Shown piece after piece: positions 19,171 to 30,698 of a stretch of DNA of 64,000 nt (the first letter of the stretch is position 1; every line of letters begins with the position of its first letter). The notes below the pieces were generated by a model that saw only the letters and a list, made by a program, of their open reading frames with translations, was not told the origin of the DNA and did no database searches. Source of the stretch: an uncultured Ignavibacteriaceae bacterium (GTDB lineage Bacteria > Bacteroidota > Ignavibacteria > Ignavibacteriales > Ignavibacteriaceae). Made by a program: the position numbers and the translations under genes. The DNA is taken from the NCBI GenBank assembly GCA_964595355.1, contig CAZQQD010000001.1:1638-65637 (forward strand), in the 5' to 3' direction.

Positions 19171-20847
19171 CTAATTGATTTGATATTTCGGTGGTCTGAT
19201 TGCGTCATACATTTTCTTTAACTGATCATATGCATATCGGCTGCCACGTTGAGCTGCAAGCCTGTAATATTTTACAGCATCAGGAGTACTTTTTTTAACG
19301 CCGATGCCGTTTTCATAACAATAAGCCAGAGAAACCTGAGCAAGTACAGAGCCAAAATTATCAGCTACCTCAAGTGTTCGAAAGTACTTCGTCGTATCCA
19401 TATTTTCAGTTTTTATTTCACCTAAAAGCATGGCAGTTGCAATTCTAACAGAAGCTTCAACACTTCCTAATTTTTCGGCTGTTTCCCACAATGAAATAGC
19501 TTTTCCCTTGTTCATTTTAACAAATTTTCCTGTAAAATATGAAAAGCCAAGTTCAACTATTGCTGGCAGATCATTTTGATTTGCAGCTCTATTCAGCAAA
19601 TTGAATGAATCAGCCTCGGTAAATTGCTGGTCAAATCCTAAAATGTAAAGTTCATACCAAACGTACATTGCATCTGCATTATTATTATCAACAAGTTTCT
19701 TAAGATTAGTAAAATAATCTTTTTCTTTTATCATATACCATATTATTGCAGGGGCAATGGGTGAGTCTAATCTTGTAGCACGTAAATAATATAATGCCGC
19801 TGAGAGTTTGTTCTTCTTGAAAAATATTCCTTTATCGTACAATCTGCCTATTAAGGTTAGTGCCTCAGGATTTCCTGTTTCAGCAGACTGAACCAGATAC
19901 GAAATACCAGTTGCTTTTAACTTTATAAGTGATGAATCATTTTTATTGCTGATACCGAGAGTATCGATAAGTGTTTCGCTTCCGTTTTTCCAGATAGCTT
20001 CTATAATTTGTTTATCAGTTATTACGGGTACAGAATCAGTTTTTGAAGAGAAATCGATAAATACTAATCCAAGGTTTGAAGCTAAAGTGGATCCATCATC
20101 TGTATCTGAAGATTTTGAAGCATCGTTTGATGTATTTGTCTTTGTAGAATCAAAATAATCAGGAGAAACTCGCTTCTTCAATTCATTTACAATTTCCTTT
20201 GCGTATGTATTTCCATTGTCTGAAGCCTTTTTAACCCAAGTATAAGCTTTATCCCAATTTCTTTTTACAATAAAATCGTTAGTATTTAAAATTCCATATA
20301 TATATTCTGCCTGTGGCATCCCGGAATGAGCAGCATCTTTAAAATATTCGTACGCTTTAAAAGGATTCCACGCAACTCCCCAACCGTTATTTAATAATAT
20401 CGCATAATTATATTCTGCTGCTGTCAGCTTTTTTTCTGCAGCTTTTCCAATCCAGTAAGCAGCTTTGACTGTATCGGCAACTACGTCTTCACCCATTAGA
20501 TATCTTAGACCCAATTCATGCATAGCAAATGGATCACCTGCATTTGCTTCCTGAGTAAGTTTAAATTGCTGCCATATTTGATATGCAAGATCAGGTTGGT
20601 AGAAGATATTAGTATTTCTTCTTGGTCTGTTATTCTTGAATGCTAGGCTTGAGGTTGTATCTTGCGCTGATATCTTAATAGTCATCCAAATAAATATAAG
20701 AACATAAATCGGAGCAAAGTTAAAATGTATGTAATGTTTCAAATTGTTAGTATCCAGATATTCAATTTTATTATTACTAATAGCTAATATAAGACTCATT
20801 AGATTTAGAATGAAAGATAAAACACAAATCCAAGCGTTGAAAGTCAA
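19171..20847 (-). CDS. secreted or membrane-anchored Sel1-repeat (TPR-like) protein
   Basis: Multiple Sel1 units (AAYWIGKAAEKKLTAAEYNYAILL, AYEYFKDAAHSGMPQAEYIYG, AVKYYRLAAQRGSRYAYDQL). The start is uncertain. The track start at 20847 is TTG. ATG 20799 or TTG 20742 would give a cleaner signal peptide (…FNFAPIYVLIFIWMTIKISAQD). Confidence 0.7.
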   Translation of the reverse strand: MTFNAWICVLSFILNLMSLILAISNNKIEYLDTNNLKHYIHFNFAPIYVLIFIWMTIKISAQDTTSSLAFKNNRPRRNTNIFYQPDLAYQIWQQFKLTQEANAGDPFAMHELGLRYLMGEDVVADTVKAAYWIGKAAEKKLTAAEYNYAILLNNGWGVAWNPFKAYEYFKDAAHSGMPQAEYIYGILNTNDFIVKRNWDKAYTWVKKASDNGNTYAKEIVNELKKRVSPDYFDSTKTNTSNDASKSSDTDDGSTLASNLGLVFIDFSSKTDSVPVITDKQIIEAIWKNGSETLIDTLGISNKNDSSLIKLKATGISYLVQSAETGNPEALTLIGRLYDKGIFFKKNKLSAALYYLRATRLDSPIAPAIIWYMIKEKDYFTNLKKLVDNNNADAMYVWYELYILGFDQQFTEADSFNLLNRAANQNDLPAIVELGFSYFTGKFVKMNKGKAISLWETAEKLGSVEASVRIATAMLLGEIKTENMDTTKYFRTLEVADNFGSVLAQVSLAYCYENGIGVKKSTPDAVKYYRLAAQRGSRYAYDQLKKMYDAIRPPKYQIN

Positions 20848-20861
20848 AATAATTCGTGGGT

Positions 20862-20890
20862 ATCTATTTTATATGACATATAAAATAGAT
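20862..20890. repeat. 29-nt perfect palindrome in the Sel1 / pyrG divergent intergenic region
   Basis: ATCTATTTTATATG-A-CATATAAAATAGAT: 14-nt arms around a single central A, verified base by base. Confidence 0.9.
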
Positions 20891-21038
20891 TGGAAGTTTA
20901 ATTTTTTCTGAAATTATAGACACAAAAACGTTGAATTACAATCATAAAAGGGCTAATTTAAAAAGATATATTTATTTTACCATATTCTAGAAAGACTTTT
21001 CGAAACAGATTCTGATGAATGTTTATTAATATTTCAAA

Positions 21039-22719
<1,681 letters not shown>

Positions 22720-22747
22720 ATATTTCCTGCAAACTAGATAAAAAAAT

Positions 22748-24256
22748 ATGAAAAAATATTTTTATTGCATTGTGTATCTTTTCATTTTTTTATCCTTGTT
22801 AACAGGGAATATTTTTGCACAAACTTATATTGATAACACTATCCGAATAGGTCTCAATAATATTTATAATTTTAAGTGGGCGCAGGCTGAATCAACATTT
22901 CAAAAATTGATTGATAAATATCCGGATGATCCTCGTGGCTATTATTATAAATCCAGTATTTATTTTTGGTATTTTTTTAGTAGCAGGGACAAAAATGATC
23001 TTCAAAAATTTATGGAATATTCCGATGAAGCTATTGAAAAGGCCGTAGCTTTGCTTGACAGTAATTCAGTAGACATTGAAACATTATATATCCTCGGTGC
23101 TAATTATTCATACCGGGCAATGGCGTTCACACAAGAGGGGAAATTTCTTGATGCAGTATGGTCAACAAAAAAATCAGAAAGTTTTCTCAACAAAGTAATT
23201 GAACTAAATCCTAAATTTCACGATGCATACTTAGGCCTTGGCCTTTACAATTTTGCTGTTAGGCAAGTTCCTAAAGCATTACAATGGGTTTTAAGTTTAG
23301 CAGGAATGAAAGGAGACAAAGAAAAAGGTCTTGATTATATTAAGAACGCTATGACTTATGGGACTTATTCAAATGTAGAAGCAAAATATTATTATTCTCA
23401 AATACTTGTTGACTTTTTCGCAGATTATCCAACAGCTGCACGCTACATGAGATCACTGATAAACAGGTATCCAGATAATTTATTATTTAATTATTCACTT
23501 GCTGTTATATACATTAAAGATAGAAAACTTGATCGGGCTGAGAGAATTTTAAAGAGGATTGTACAAAGCAAAACTACTAAGTTTAAGCAACTTATTGCTT
23601 ATTCAAACTTTCTTATTGGAGACATACTTTATAAGAAAAACAAATTTGAGTCTGCGACCGTTTATATTAACAACTTTATATTAAATACAGTAAATAATGA
23701 TTACCAGGGTATAGCAAATTACAGACTTGCTATTTGTTATGAATTTATGGACCAGCCTAATGTTGCAAATACCTATTTCAAATTATCTAACAGGGGCGGT
23801 TCTGACATCGAAGATGATATATATGCCAGAAGAAGAGGTGAATTATTTGCAGATAACGAATTTTCAAAAGAAGAAATGGAGCTTGTAAAATTCAGGCATT
23901 ATGTTGAAGGTGCAAGATATAAGATGGCGATTGATAGTCTTTCTTACCTTTGTGATAGTACGAGTTCCGAAGATATAAAAGCCGAAGCCCTGCTAAATAT
24001 TAGTGATGCATTTTTTTCACTCGGTAAATATGAGAGATCGGCAGATACTGCTTTAGTTGCTAAGTCGCTGAATATCAAAAATGAAAAATGGATAAAGCCT
24101 TTTGCTTGTTATTATATTGCCAGAGCAAAAGAAAAAATAGGTGATAATGAAGAAGTCAAAACATACATTGGTGAAGCTGAAGATTACAAGGATTACGATT
24201 ATCAAAATAAATTAAAGAATCTGCTATTTGCATTAAAAAGTCGTGGGAAAAATTAG
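22748..24256 (+). CDS. secreted TPR-repeat protein
   Basis: 502 aa with a signal peptide (MKKYFYCIVYLFIFLSLLTGNIFAQ) and repeated TPR-like helices. No catalytic motif recognised. Confidence 0.6.
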   Translation: MKKYFYCIVYLFIFLSLLTGNIFAQTYIDNTIRIGLNNIYNFKWAQAESTFQKLIDKYPDDPRGYYYKSSIYFWYFFSSRDKNDLQKFMEYSDEAIEKAVALLDSNSVDIETLYILGANYSYRAMAFTQEGKFLDAVWSTKKSESFLNKVIELNPKFHDAYLGLGLYNFAVRQVPKALQWVLSLAGMKGDKEKGLDYIKNAMTYGTYSNVEAKYYYSQILVDFFADYPTAARYMRSLINRYPDNLLFNYSLAVIYIKDRKLDRAERILKRIVQSKTTKFKQLIAYSNFLIGDILYKKNKFESATVYINNFILNTVNNDYQGIANYRLAICYEFMDQPNVANTYFKLSNRGGSDIEDDIYARRRGELFADNEFSKEEMELVKFRHYVEGARYKMAIDSLSYLCDSTSSEDIKAEALLNISDAFFSLGKYERSADTALVAKSLNIKNEKWIKPFACYYIARAKEKIGDNEEVKTYIGEAEDYKDYDYQNKLKNLLFALKSRGKN

Positions 24257-24285
24257 AAAAACATAACAAAAGCAGGCTAATTTCA

Positions 24286-24314
24286 TTGACAATATTTCGC
24301 TATTTAGCTAATTT
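24286..24314 (+). promoter_or_regulatory. sigma70-like promoter of purN (TTGACA-N17-TAATTT)
   Basis: TTGACA at 24286-24291, a 17-nt spacer, and TAATTT at 24309-24314. An AAGGA Shine-Dalgarno-like element precedes the TTG start at 24341. Confidence 0.45.
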
Positions 24315-24340
24315 TAACCACTTTTAAGGACAGTTTTATT

Positions 24341-24946
24341 TTGAATGTAGCTGTATTTGTTTCAGGAAGGGGATCAAATTTACAGGCTATTTTAGAATCA
24401 GATTATACAAAAGACATTATTCGGGTAAAAGCGGTAATAAGTGATAAAATTGATTGCACAGCTTTTCAGATTGCAGGAAAATACTTAATTCCAACCTTTA
24501 CAATAGGCAAAAAGCCAGGCAACATAAGTTATAATGAGCTAATAACTTCACTTAGAAAACTAGAAATTGAATTAGTCGTTCTTGCGGGATTTTTGAAACT
24601 GATCCCTATAGAATTTTTGACAAACTTTCATAATAAGATTATTAATATTCATCCTGCCTTGCTTCCTTCTTACGGTGGTACTGGTATGTATGGGATGAAC
24701 GTTCATCGTGCTGTTTTTAATGCAGGGGAGGAATATTCGGGCGCAAGTGTTCATATTGTTAATGAAGAATATGATTCAGGAAGAATAATAGCACAGAAAA
24801 AAATTGAAATATCGGATATCAGGTCACCTGAAGAATTAGCGGATAAAGTTCTTAAAGTTGAACACAAATTATTGCCTCTTGTATTAAAAAAGATTGCCGA
24901 AGGCGAAATTGATTTGCAAAGGTCTCAAAAAATTTTTTTAATGTAG
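24341..24946 (+). CDS. purN: phosphoribosylglycinamide formyltransferase
   Basis: 201 aa with a TTG start, VAVFVSGRGSNLQAIL, LAGFLKLI and INIHPALLPSYGG. Confidence 0.85.
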   Translation: MNVAVFVSGRGSNLQAILESDYTKDIIRVKAVISDKIDCTAFQIAGKYLIPTFTIGKKPGNISYNELITSLRKLEIELVVLAGFLKLIPIEFLTNFHNKIINIHPALLPSYGGTGMYGMNVHRAVFNAGEEYSGASVHIVNEEYDSGRIIAQKKIEISDIRSPEELADKVLKVEHKLLPLVLKKIAEGEIDLQRSQKIFLM

Positions 24947-24965
24947 TTTCTTTTAGTATCAAATC

Positions 24966-26495
24966 TTGGGTATAAGATTGAAAAAATTAGCATTAATTAG
25001 CGTTTCAGATAAAACTAATATTGTTGAATTTTCAAAACGACTTGTTAAATATAATTACGATATAGTTGCTACCGGCAATACTGCGAGACTTCTTAAAGAA
25101 AACAGTGTTGATGTAACTGAAATAAGCACTCTAACTTCATTCCCTGAAATATTTGATGGACGTGTTAAAACGCTTCATCCGAAAGTTTTTGCAGGGATAC
25201 TTTTCAGGCGGGACAACGCCTTGGATCAAAAGGAAGCTAAAGAGAATAACATAATGCCCGTTGATATAGTTTGTGTTAATCTTTACCCTTTCGTCAAAAC
25301 TGTTGAAAATCCAAATTCTGATTTTGAAAAAATTATTGAGAATATAGATATCGGTGGCCCGAGTTTGATAAGAGCATCTGCAAAAAATTATAAATTTGTT
25401 TCAGTCCTTACTAATCCGGATCAGTATGATTCATTTCTCAATGAACTAGACTCTGGCCAAATCAGCATTGAAACAAGGAAGAAACTGGCGCTTGAAGCAT
25501 TCTCAAATACAGCGTCTTATGATACTTATATTGCAAACTATCTTGAGTGTAAATTCGAACAATCTCCGTCATATATAAGAATAAATTACAAAAAGGATAA
25601 AGAACTCAGATATGGAGAAAATCCCCATCAGAGCTCATCATTGTATGGGCGTTTTTCGGACTATTTTGAGGTGTTTCATGGAAAAGAATTATCATATAAC
25701 AATATTCTTGATTTAATTGCGGCAATAGAACTGGTTGAAGACCTGGCTGGAACTTCCTGTGCAATAATTAAACATCAAAACCCTGCAGGGGCTGCAACAT
25801 CTGAAAATATAATGGATGCTTATGAAAACGCATTAAAAGGTGATCCTGTTTCAGCCTTTGGAGGTATTGTTGCATTTACTAAAACTGTCACTGAGGAAGT
25901 GGCATTAAAATTAAATGAAATATTTTTAGAGATAATATGCGCCCCTGATTATACTGATGAAGCTTTCACAATTTTGAAAAAGAAAAAAAATAGAAGGCTG
26001 TTGAAGCAATTAAAACCTATTAATATAAAACAACAAAACTTCAGGAATATTCCGGGCGGAGTAATTATTCAGGATTCAGATAGCATTTCAATTATTGAAG
26101 ATCAGTTAAAGGTAGTAACTGATAAAAAACCCAATGATAAAGAGATGGAAGATATCTTATTTGCCTGGAAAGTTGCAAAACATACAAAATCAAACGCAAT
26201 TGTTTTTGCAAAAGATAAAACTGCACTTGGTGTTGGAGCGGGTCAAATGTCAAGGGTCGATTCATCCAAGCTTGCAAAAATGAAAGCTGATGAGCATAGA
26301 CTTGATCTTAAAAATTCAGTTGCAGCTTCAGATGCATTTTTCCCTTTTGCAGATAGTCTGCTTGAAATTATTAAATGTGGAGCGACTGCTGTAATTCAAC
26401 CGGGAGGCTCCGTTCGAGATCCCGAAGTAATAGAAGCTGCTAATAAAAACAATATTTCAATGGTTTTTACTGGTATCAGGCATTTTAAACATTAA
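24966..26495 (+). CDS. purH: bifunctional AICAR transformylase / IMP cyclohydrolase
   Basis: 509 aa with LISVSDKTN, GRVKTLHPKV, IKHQNPAG and GQMSRVDS. The start may be the in-frame TTG at 24978 (giving MKKLALISVSDK). Confidence 0.95.
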   Translation: MGIRLKKLALISVSDKTNIVEFSKRLVKYNYDIVATGNTARLLKENSVDVTEISTLTSFPEIFDGRVKTLHPKVFAGILFRRDNALDQKEAKENNIMPVDIVCVNLYPFVKTVENPNSDFEKIIENIDIGGPSLIRASAKNYKFVSVLTNPDQYDSFLNELDSGQISIETRKKLALEAFSNTASYDTYIANYLECKFEQSPSYIRINYKKDKELRYGENPHQSSSLYGRFSDYFEVFHGKELSYNNILDLIAAIELVEDLAGTSCAIIKHQNPAGAATSENIMDAYENALKGDPVSAFGGIVAFTKTVTEEVALKLNEIFLEIICAPDYTDEAFTILKKKKNRRLLKQLKPINIKQQNFRNIPGGVIIQDSDSISIIEDQLKVVTDKKPNDKEMEDILFAWKVAKHTKSNAIVFAKDKTALGVGAGQMSRVDSSKLAKMKADEHRLDLKNSVAASDAFFPFADSLLEIIKCGATAVIQPGGSVRDPEVIEAANKNNISMVFTGIRHFKH

Positions 26496-26503
26496 GAGGC
26501 ACT

Positions 26504-27529
26504 ATGGGAATTTTTGATTTTTTAACTACTGATATTGCAATTGATCTAGGTACAGCCAACACATTAATTTATGTTAAAGGAAAAGGGGTTGTATTAAATG
26601 AGCCCTCGATTGTAGCATTTGACAGGAATACAAAAAGGATTATAGCATTAGGTAATAAAGCAAAGGAAATGCAAGGAAGAGAGCATAAAGAAATCAGAGT
26701 CACGAGACCAATGAGGGATGGTGTTATAGCCGACTTTGAAATTGCAGAGGGAATGATCAGGGCTTTTATTAAAAAAGTCAGAGCAGGTTCTCTTTCAACC
26801 AGGAGGGTGGTTGTTGCTGTACCAAGCGGAGTAACGGAAGTGGAGAAAAGGGCTGTGAGGGATAGTGCTGAGCACGCCGGGGCTAAAGAGGTACATCTTA
26901 TAGCAGAACCTATGGCTGCTGCAATAGGAATAGGAATAGAAGTGGAAGCCCCTGTAGGAAATATGATAATCGATATCGGAGGGGGAACAACAGAAATTGC
27001 AGTTATAGCGCTTTCCGGAATTGTAAATGAGGAATCGATTCGAATAGCAGGTGATGAGATGAACTATGGGATTATGCAATATTTTAAGAAAAACCATAAT
27101 GTTTTAATTGGAGAAAGAACAGCAGAAGCAATCAAGTGTGAAGTTGGATCAGCTGTACCATTAAAAGAAGAAGTTACTATTCAGGTTAAAGGGAGGGATC
27201 TTGTAGGCGGTGTTCCAAAAACAACTGAAGTCAGTTCCGTTGAAATTCGTGAAGCATTAAATGAATCTGTAGTACAGATCGTAGATGCTGTGAGACAGTC
27301 TCTTGAGCGAACTCCCCCTGAACTTTCCGCAGATATTCTCGATAGGGGAGTTATGTTAACTGGCGGCGGCGCATTATTAAAAGGACTTGATGAAAGAATA
27401 AGAATGGAAACCAACCTTCCTGTTCATGTAGCGGAAGATCCTTTGACGGCTGTAGTAAGAGGGGCAGGGAAAGTGATTGATAGTTTGCAACATTACTCTA
27501 AAGTTTTAATCCGAAATAGAAGATATTAA
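26504..27529 (+). CDS. mreB: rod shape-determining protein MreB
   Basis: 341 aa actin-like protein with IDLGTANTLIYV, DIGGGTTEIAV and LTGGGALLKGLD. Confidence 0.95.
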   Translation: MGIFDFLTTDIAIDLGTANTLIYVKGKGVVLNEPSIVAFDRNTKRIIALGNKAKEMQGREHKEIRVTRPMRDGVIADFEIAEGMIRAFIKKVRAGSLSTRRVVVAVPSGVTEVEKRAVRDSAEHAGAKEVHLIAEPMAAAIGIGIEVEAPVGNMIIDIGGGTTEIAVIALSGIVNEESIRIAGDEMNYGIMQYFKKNHNVLIGERTAEAIKCEVGSAVPLKEEVTIQVKGRDLVGGVPKTTEVSSVEIREALNESVVQIVDAVRQSLERTPPELSADILDRGVMLTGGGALLKGLDERIRMETNLPVHVAEDPLTAVVRGAGKVIDSLQHYSKVLIRNRRY

Positions 27530-27551
27530 AAGATAGTGGGTCTATCTAACT

Positions 27552-28385
27552 ATGATACGATTTTTCCTAAAACTGTGGGATGACTTTAAAGAATATATTA
27601 TTCTTGTTGTACTTCTGATATTTAGTCTTTTTACTCTTTCTTTGAATAAAACTCCCGAGATCAAAAATTTAAAGGCATTAGCTTTCGGAAGTTTTGCTGC
27701 AGTTACGTCTGTAGTATCAGACATTACAAACATTGCTAAAATTAAAAGCGAGAATAAAAGATTACTAAGAACAAATGCTGAACTAATGCTTGAAATTAAC
27801 AGATTCAGGCAGTATGGTATTCAAAATATAGAGTTAAAAAATCTTCTTGGCTTAAAAGAATCAACGAAATATCCTTTAATTCCCGGAGTTGTTGTTTCAA
27901 AAACATTTTCGACATCGCAAAGTGCAATTACTTTAAATGTAGGTAAAAATGATGGCATAAAACCTGGAATGCCCGTAATCGATGATCAGGGTTTTGTTGG
28001 AATAGTTTATGACATTTCAGATGACTTTTGTATAGTTAGAACCTTAATTAATATTGATATAAAAGTTACGGTCAAAGATGAACGGAGTCGAATTGATGGA
28101 ATTATGAAATGGAACGGCGACAATCTGGTTATTGTTGATGTTCCCAAAACTTATGACGTTAAAACAGGGGATAGGATAATTACTTCTGAGATAAGTTCTA
28201 TAGTTCCAATACCTCTACCTGTCGGTGTTGTTTCCGGGATCACAAATGTATCTACTGGTATTTTTAATGAAGCTAAAGTCCAGCCATTTGTTGACTTCAA
28301 TAAAGTTGAGAATGTATTTGTTATAGGCATAGTTGAAAGTGTACAAAAAAATAAACTGGAGCTAAATTTTTACAATCGTAAATAA
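27552..28385 (+). CDS. mreC: rod shape-determining protein MreC
   Basis: 277 aa with an N-terminal anchor, a coiled coil and beta-barrel domains (GMPVIDDQGFVGIV). It sits between mreB and mreD. Confidence 0.8.
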   Translation: MIRFFLKLWDDFKEYIILVVLLIFSLFTLSLNKTPEIKNLKALAFGSFAAVTSVVSDITNIAKIKSENKRLLRTNAELMLEINRFRQYGIQNIELKNLLGLKESTKYPLIPGVVVSKTFSTSQSAITLNVGKNDGIKPGMPVIDDQGFVGIVYDISDDFCIVRTLINIDIKVTVKDERSRIDGIMKWNGDNLVIVDVPKTYDVKTGDRIITSEISSIVPIPLPVGVVSGITNVSTGIFNEAKVQPFVDFNKVENVFVIGIVESVQKNKLELNFYNRK

Positions 28386-28386
28386 A

Positions 28387-28875
28387 ATGCGTTCTGAATA
28401 TATATATCCTATCTTAATATTCTTTCCGGTTCTTGTTATTCAAACTACTATAATTCCATTTATTTCACTAAACGGAACAATACCTGACCTGATAATAATT
28501 CTTCTTGTATTTTACACTTTAAGGAACGGTCAAATTTATGGTACTGTACTGGGATTCGCTTATGGACTTTTATTTGATTTGTTTACCGGTAGCTTGTTGG
28601 GTAGTTCAATGCTCGCAAAAACACTTGCAGGATTTGTAGCCGGATATTTTGCAAATGAAAATAAAATTGAAATCTATTTTAAATCATATAACTTTGCATT
28701 AATCGTTTTGTTGTGTTCAGTTATAAATTCTGTTATAAATGCTTTTTTTAGTAATGTAGAATTCAATTCTAATTTAATTGTAATGATCTTCCAACTTGGG
28801 CTATTGCCAGGCTTTTATACTGCTGTTATAAGTTTAATTAGTATTATTTTTTATCCGCGAAGGAACTTTACGTGA
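28387..28875 (+). CDS. mreD: rod shape-determining protein MreD
   Basis: 162 aa with 5 TM segments. Called from its position after mreC plus hydrophobicity. Confidence 0.7.
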   Translation: MRSEYIYPILIFFPVLVIQTTIIPFISLNGTIPDLIIILLVFYTLRNGQIYGTVLGFAYGLLFDLFTGSLLGSSMLAKTLAGFVAGYFANENKIEIYFKSYNFALIVLLCSVINSVINAFFSNVEFNSNLIVMIFQLGLLPGFYTAVISLISIIFYPRRNFT

Positions 28876-30698
28876 AATCTAAAAATTTTGCATCGCAGGA
28901 AAGAAAGTCTATTATTTATTTTATAATTATTGGTGCATTTTCATTATTAGGTTTTAGACTTTTCCAGATGCAGATTTTAGAACACCATTCTTATGACGAA
29001 AAATCTGCGAACAATAGTATTAAAGCCATTGAACAGATTCCTCTACGTGGAATTCTTTATGACAGGAACATGAAAGTTTTAGTTAATAATGTTCCCGCAT
29101 ACACAGTCAGAATCACTCCTGCCGATTACGATAAAAGCCTCAGTCCATTACTCGAAACTGTTCTTGGAGTGGATCCAGGATATATAGGGAAAATTCTAAA
29201 ATATAATAGAGTTTATTCAAAATATATACCTGTGAGGATTAAGAGGGGAGTAGACTTTAAAGTTGTCTCCTGGATAGAGGAAAACTCTGAACACCTTCCT
29301 GGCGTGGATTACATTGTTGAAATGCAAAGAGGTTATCCTGATAGTGTCAGAGGCTCACAGCTATTCGGCTATACCAGGGAAATATCGCCTCAAAGTTTGG
29401 ATAGTGATACCAGTGATTATTATAAACCGGGTGATTACGTCGGGAGTAGTGGAATTGAAAAAGCTTATGAAAATATTTTGCGTGGAGTAAAAGGTAATGA
29501 TTACGTGCTTGTTGATTCAAAAAGGAGAGAACTAGGTAAGTTCAAAGATGGAAAAGCGGACCAGCCATCAATAAAAGGTAATGATCTTGTTTTAACAATT
29601 GATGCGAACATACAAAGAATCGCAGAGCATGAATTACAAGGGAAGCGTGGTGCAGTTATAGCTATGGATCCCAAAAACGGGGAAATAATAGCATTAGCGA
29701 GTGCACCGGATTTTGATTTAAATGAATTTTCCTATGTAACCTCAAAGGACTATTTAAAAGAATTGTACAACGATCCGTCAAAGCCTGTTTTTAACCGTGC
29801 AACAATGTCAGTACAACCGCCTGGCTCTACATTCAAACCCCTTGAAGCTATTGCTGCACTTGATATGGGAGTGATTACTACATCAACTACATTTACATGC
29901 ACAGGTGGTGCCACTTTTTACGGTAGATATTTTAAGTGTGATGATGTACATGGAAAAATAAACGTAGTTCATGCAATTGAACATTCGTGCAACGTTTTCT
30001 TTTATAACCTTATATATAAAATTGGATTGGAAAAATGGCATGATTATGCAGCTAAATTTGGTTTCGGACAAGAGACTCATCTTGATATAGGAAATGAAGC
30101 AGCAGGATTTATTCCTGACTCAAAGTATTATGAAAAACTATATGGTCCTAATTGGCCCAAGAGTATAATGGCAAGTTTAGGAATTGGACAAGGTGAGGTT
30201 AGCGTTACACCATTACAACTTGCACAATATTGTTCATTAATCGCTAATGACGGTGTAACTTATACTCCACACGTTGTTAAAGGATATCTTGATAATCATA
30301 CACATAAACTGATGAAAATAAATAACACAAAAAAAATAGTAGTAAATATTGATAAAAAAATCTTTGATATTGTTAAAGAAGGTATGTTTTTAGTTGTAAA
30401 TGGTTCTGGGACTGCTGCAAATAGTAGAATAAAAAACGTTCTAATGGCTGGTAAAACCGGGACAGCACAGAATCCTCATGGTAAGGACCACGCATGGTTT
30501 ATAGGATTTGCACCCTATAAAAACCCTCAAATAGTAGTAGTAGTTTTAGTTGAAAATGTTGGTTTCGGTGCCTCGTGGGCTGCTCCAATAGCTAAAACAA
30601 TTGTAGAGACCTATCTGAATGGCGATAAAAATGAAATTATTAGAAGCAACAGTGTAGCCCTAAACCAGGACGCGGAGAAGACTAGCAATGAGAATTGA
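28872..30698 (+). CDS. mrdA: penicillin-binding protein 2 (elongasome transpeptidase)
   Basis: 608 aa with SxxK (PGSTFKP), SxN-like (EHSCN) and KTG (GKTGTA) motifs. It overlaps mreD by 4 nt. Confidence 0.9.
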   Translation: MKSKNFASQERKSIIYFIIIGAFSLLGFRLFQMQILEHHSYDEKSANNSIKAIEQIPLRGILYDRNMKVLVNNVPAYTVRITPADYDKSLSPLLETVLGVDPGYIGKILKYNRVYSKYIPVRIKRGVDFKVVSWIEENSEHLPGVDYIVEMQRGYPDSVRGSQLFGYTREISPQSLDSDTSDYYKPGDYVGSSGIEKAYENILRGVKGNDYVLVDSKRRELGKFKDGKADQPSIKGNDLVLTIDANIQRIAEHELQGKRGAVIAMDPKNGEIIALASAPDFDLNEFSYVTSKDYLKELYNDPSKPVFNRATMSVQPPGSTFKPLEAIAALDMGVITTSTTFTCTGGATFYGRYFKCDDVHGKINVVHAIEHSCNVFFYNLIYKIGLEKWHDYAAKFGFGQETHLDIGNEAAGFIPDSKYYEKLYGPNWPKSIMASLGIGQGEVSVTPLQLAQYCSLIANDGVTYTPHVVKGYLDNHTHKLMKINNTKKIVVNIDKKIFDIVKEGMFLVVNGSGTAANSRIKNVLMAGKTGTAQNPHGKDHAWFIGFAPYKNPQIVVVVLVENVGFGASWAAPIAKTIVETYLNGDKNEIIRSNSVALNQDAEKTSNEN

